Source: Eledone cirrhosa
Taxonomy: Eukaryota
NCBI GenBank assembly: GCA_964016885.1
Contig: OZ024745.1
Coordinates: forward strand, 117,986,001-118,050,000
Length of the DNA: 64,000 nucleotides
Direction: 5' to 3'
A model generated the notes under the pieces. It had not been told where the DNA came from. It searched no databases and was given only the letters and a program-made list of their open reading frames with translations. Made by a program: the position numbers and the translations under genes. This document shows positions 62,555 to 64,000 of this stretch, one piece after another. The first letter of the stretch is position 1. Every line of letters begins with the position of its first letter.

Positions 62555-63900
62555 GTTTGGTTTTGTTGATAATGCTGTGGTTTCTCTTCGTCATGTAGTT
62601 TTAGTTGATGCTGCGGCTGTGCTGTTGGCAGTAGTGCAGGTTTTCGTTGTGATCAAGCAGCCATAAGGTTTGTGCTCCTACAAGAATAAGACCTAGGCTT
62701 TCTACTTTCGACTAAAACCCGCGGCTGCGGATCATTTGGAAATTCAATCTGATCGGGTATCTTGTCTGGAGTTTCTGATATAATTTGGATTAGAATTTCC
62801 AATCTGATACCCGACTAGTTGTCTTTTCGTGACTTTTTTTTCTAGAATTCTGTCCGCCCCTTCTAGGATCCAACCAAAAGCCAGCCACCCATCCATCAGA
62901 AATCTAGCTCTGGTGGCACTTCCGAAAATTTTACTATGATGACTCTTTGGCACCTGTACGTTGGAAAGAGTACCTGTTCTGTACTCTTGCAGAAAACATG
63001 CTCTTTCATATAGGCATCAGATATTTTTCGATTTGTCCGTGAGATGCCGTTTCTATACGTCGGCTTTTAATATTCAACATCGGTATATCACCGTTCTTTT
63101 GGCTCTTCCAGTAGTTGTTGAGGTGCAGCCCTCTGTGTTTACGATTTTCCAAACCTCTTCCATGTGCATATGGCACTTTCCCAGGGATACAACGATTTTG
63201 CCTCTCCAGCAAAGGAATCAACCTTGAGCGCACTACTATAGGTGTTGCCATTGCTGATGTTGTTATTGTTGGTTGGAGTTGTGGTGGTGGTGGAGGAGAT
63301 GCTGCTGCTGCTGCTGTTGTCTATTCCAGCTATCACTAAAGCAGTGGCGGTGCTGCTGGTGGTAGTGGAGTTGATGGCAGTGGTAGTGGTAGTGACAGTG
63401 GAGATGGTGTTTGGATTTAACATAAGAAACTTTCGCTGAAATTCTCCAAAATCTTTCGAAATTGTTAGTTTTTCCAAATGCTTCTTTTGTTTTAGTGGTG
63501 GTGGTGGTGGTGGTAGTTGAAGTGGTTGCGGCTGGTAGAAATAGAACTGTTATTGATTCTTGTTGTTTTGTTGTGGATGATGGTGTAACTGAGGTTTGTT
63601 TGTTGATTTCTACTGATTTGTTTGACCAGTTGAAGGTTAGCAACGGAGTCTATAAATAGGTTTGTGCCGCCTTTCCCTTTCAAGTCTTTGGGGCTGCTAT
63701 CAAAATTAGTCAAAATATTTTGAGAGGAAGGAGGTGATGTTATTTCCAGAACTGTTGATTTGTGTTCTCCCTTCGCCATTTTGTTTTTGTTTGTTTGCTT
63801 TTAAAGCACGAAGCTTATGAATTTTTGTTTTTAAATGAAGCCTCTTTGTCCGATCCTCTGTGAAAGAAATTCTTTCCAGATATCTGGACAAAGTCCTTAT
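60035..63900 (-). mobile_element. Degenerate Tx1/L1-clade LINE 5' half (ORF1, APE endonuclease, linker)
   Basis: ORF1 has low-complexity tracts and KIPDQIEF...VLVESRKPRSYSC. ORF2 starts at ~61715 with LRVGFINVCGL, VAVLFRKSL, SYLDRAFV, TGHKFV and GPGY*KMNA. The linker MCTIFQQHF...YCEKP lies at 60035-60230. Confidence 0.8.
60490..60911 (+). mobile_element. RTE LINE 3' end, (AAG)n tail, nested in the Tx1 ORF2
   Basis: ITSIVKSRVLKLCAHIKR...EGRLAGKRSRGRQPKRWLDNV...DRTLWR; ends CAAGAAGAAG. Confidence 0.85.
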
Positions 63901-64000
63901 CTAAACGCCTGAATAAAATATGTAGACGAAGTCACTGAAATAAAAACAAGATTTGAACATTAACTCACCCCCGACAGGTGTGGTTCGATGATGACTTCTT

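Noticed and set aside
63935-63968. GTGAGT...TTTTATTTCAG mini-intron on the minus strand
   Set aside because: At 34 nt it is very short, it lies at the window edge and there is no transcript evidence.

Overview
This is AT-rich eukaryotic, non-genic DNA made almost entirely of decayed transposable elements, SINEs, microsatellites and minisatellites. The repeat mix resembles an octopus/cephalopod genome, which is an inference and was not checked by search. I found no intact host gene, rRNA, true tRNA or CRISPR array, and the longest ORFs are artefacts of tandem repeats. Recognisable fragments come from Penelope-like elements (GIY-YIG), R4/Dong-type RLE LINEs, RTE LINEs, Tx1/L1 LINEs, Helitrons, hAT and Tc1/mariner MITEs and tRNA-derived SINEs. 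Five observations stand out. (1) A family of about 520-600 bp non-coding RTE-like retroposons has three subfamilies that carry unrelated inserts bracketed by a positionally conserved, covarying stem. (2) An R4/Dong LINE and these retroposons repeatedly share (CATA)n tracts in antiparallel orientation. (3) A foldback structure is joined to a 33-bp tandem array carrying the POU octamer ATGCAAAT. (4) Several satellites arose inside TEs, including a 38-bp array that amplifies the endonuclease PD codons and a 2.4-kb 44-bp array inside a SINE. (5) There is a candidate minimal hammerhead ribozyme behind a Penelope ORF. Family names come from motifs read by eye, and boundaries of degenerate copies are approximate.
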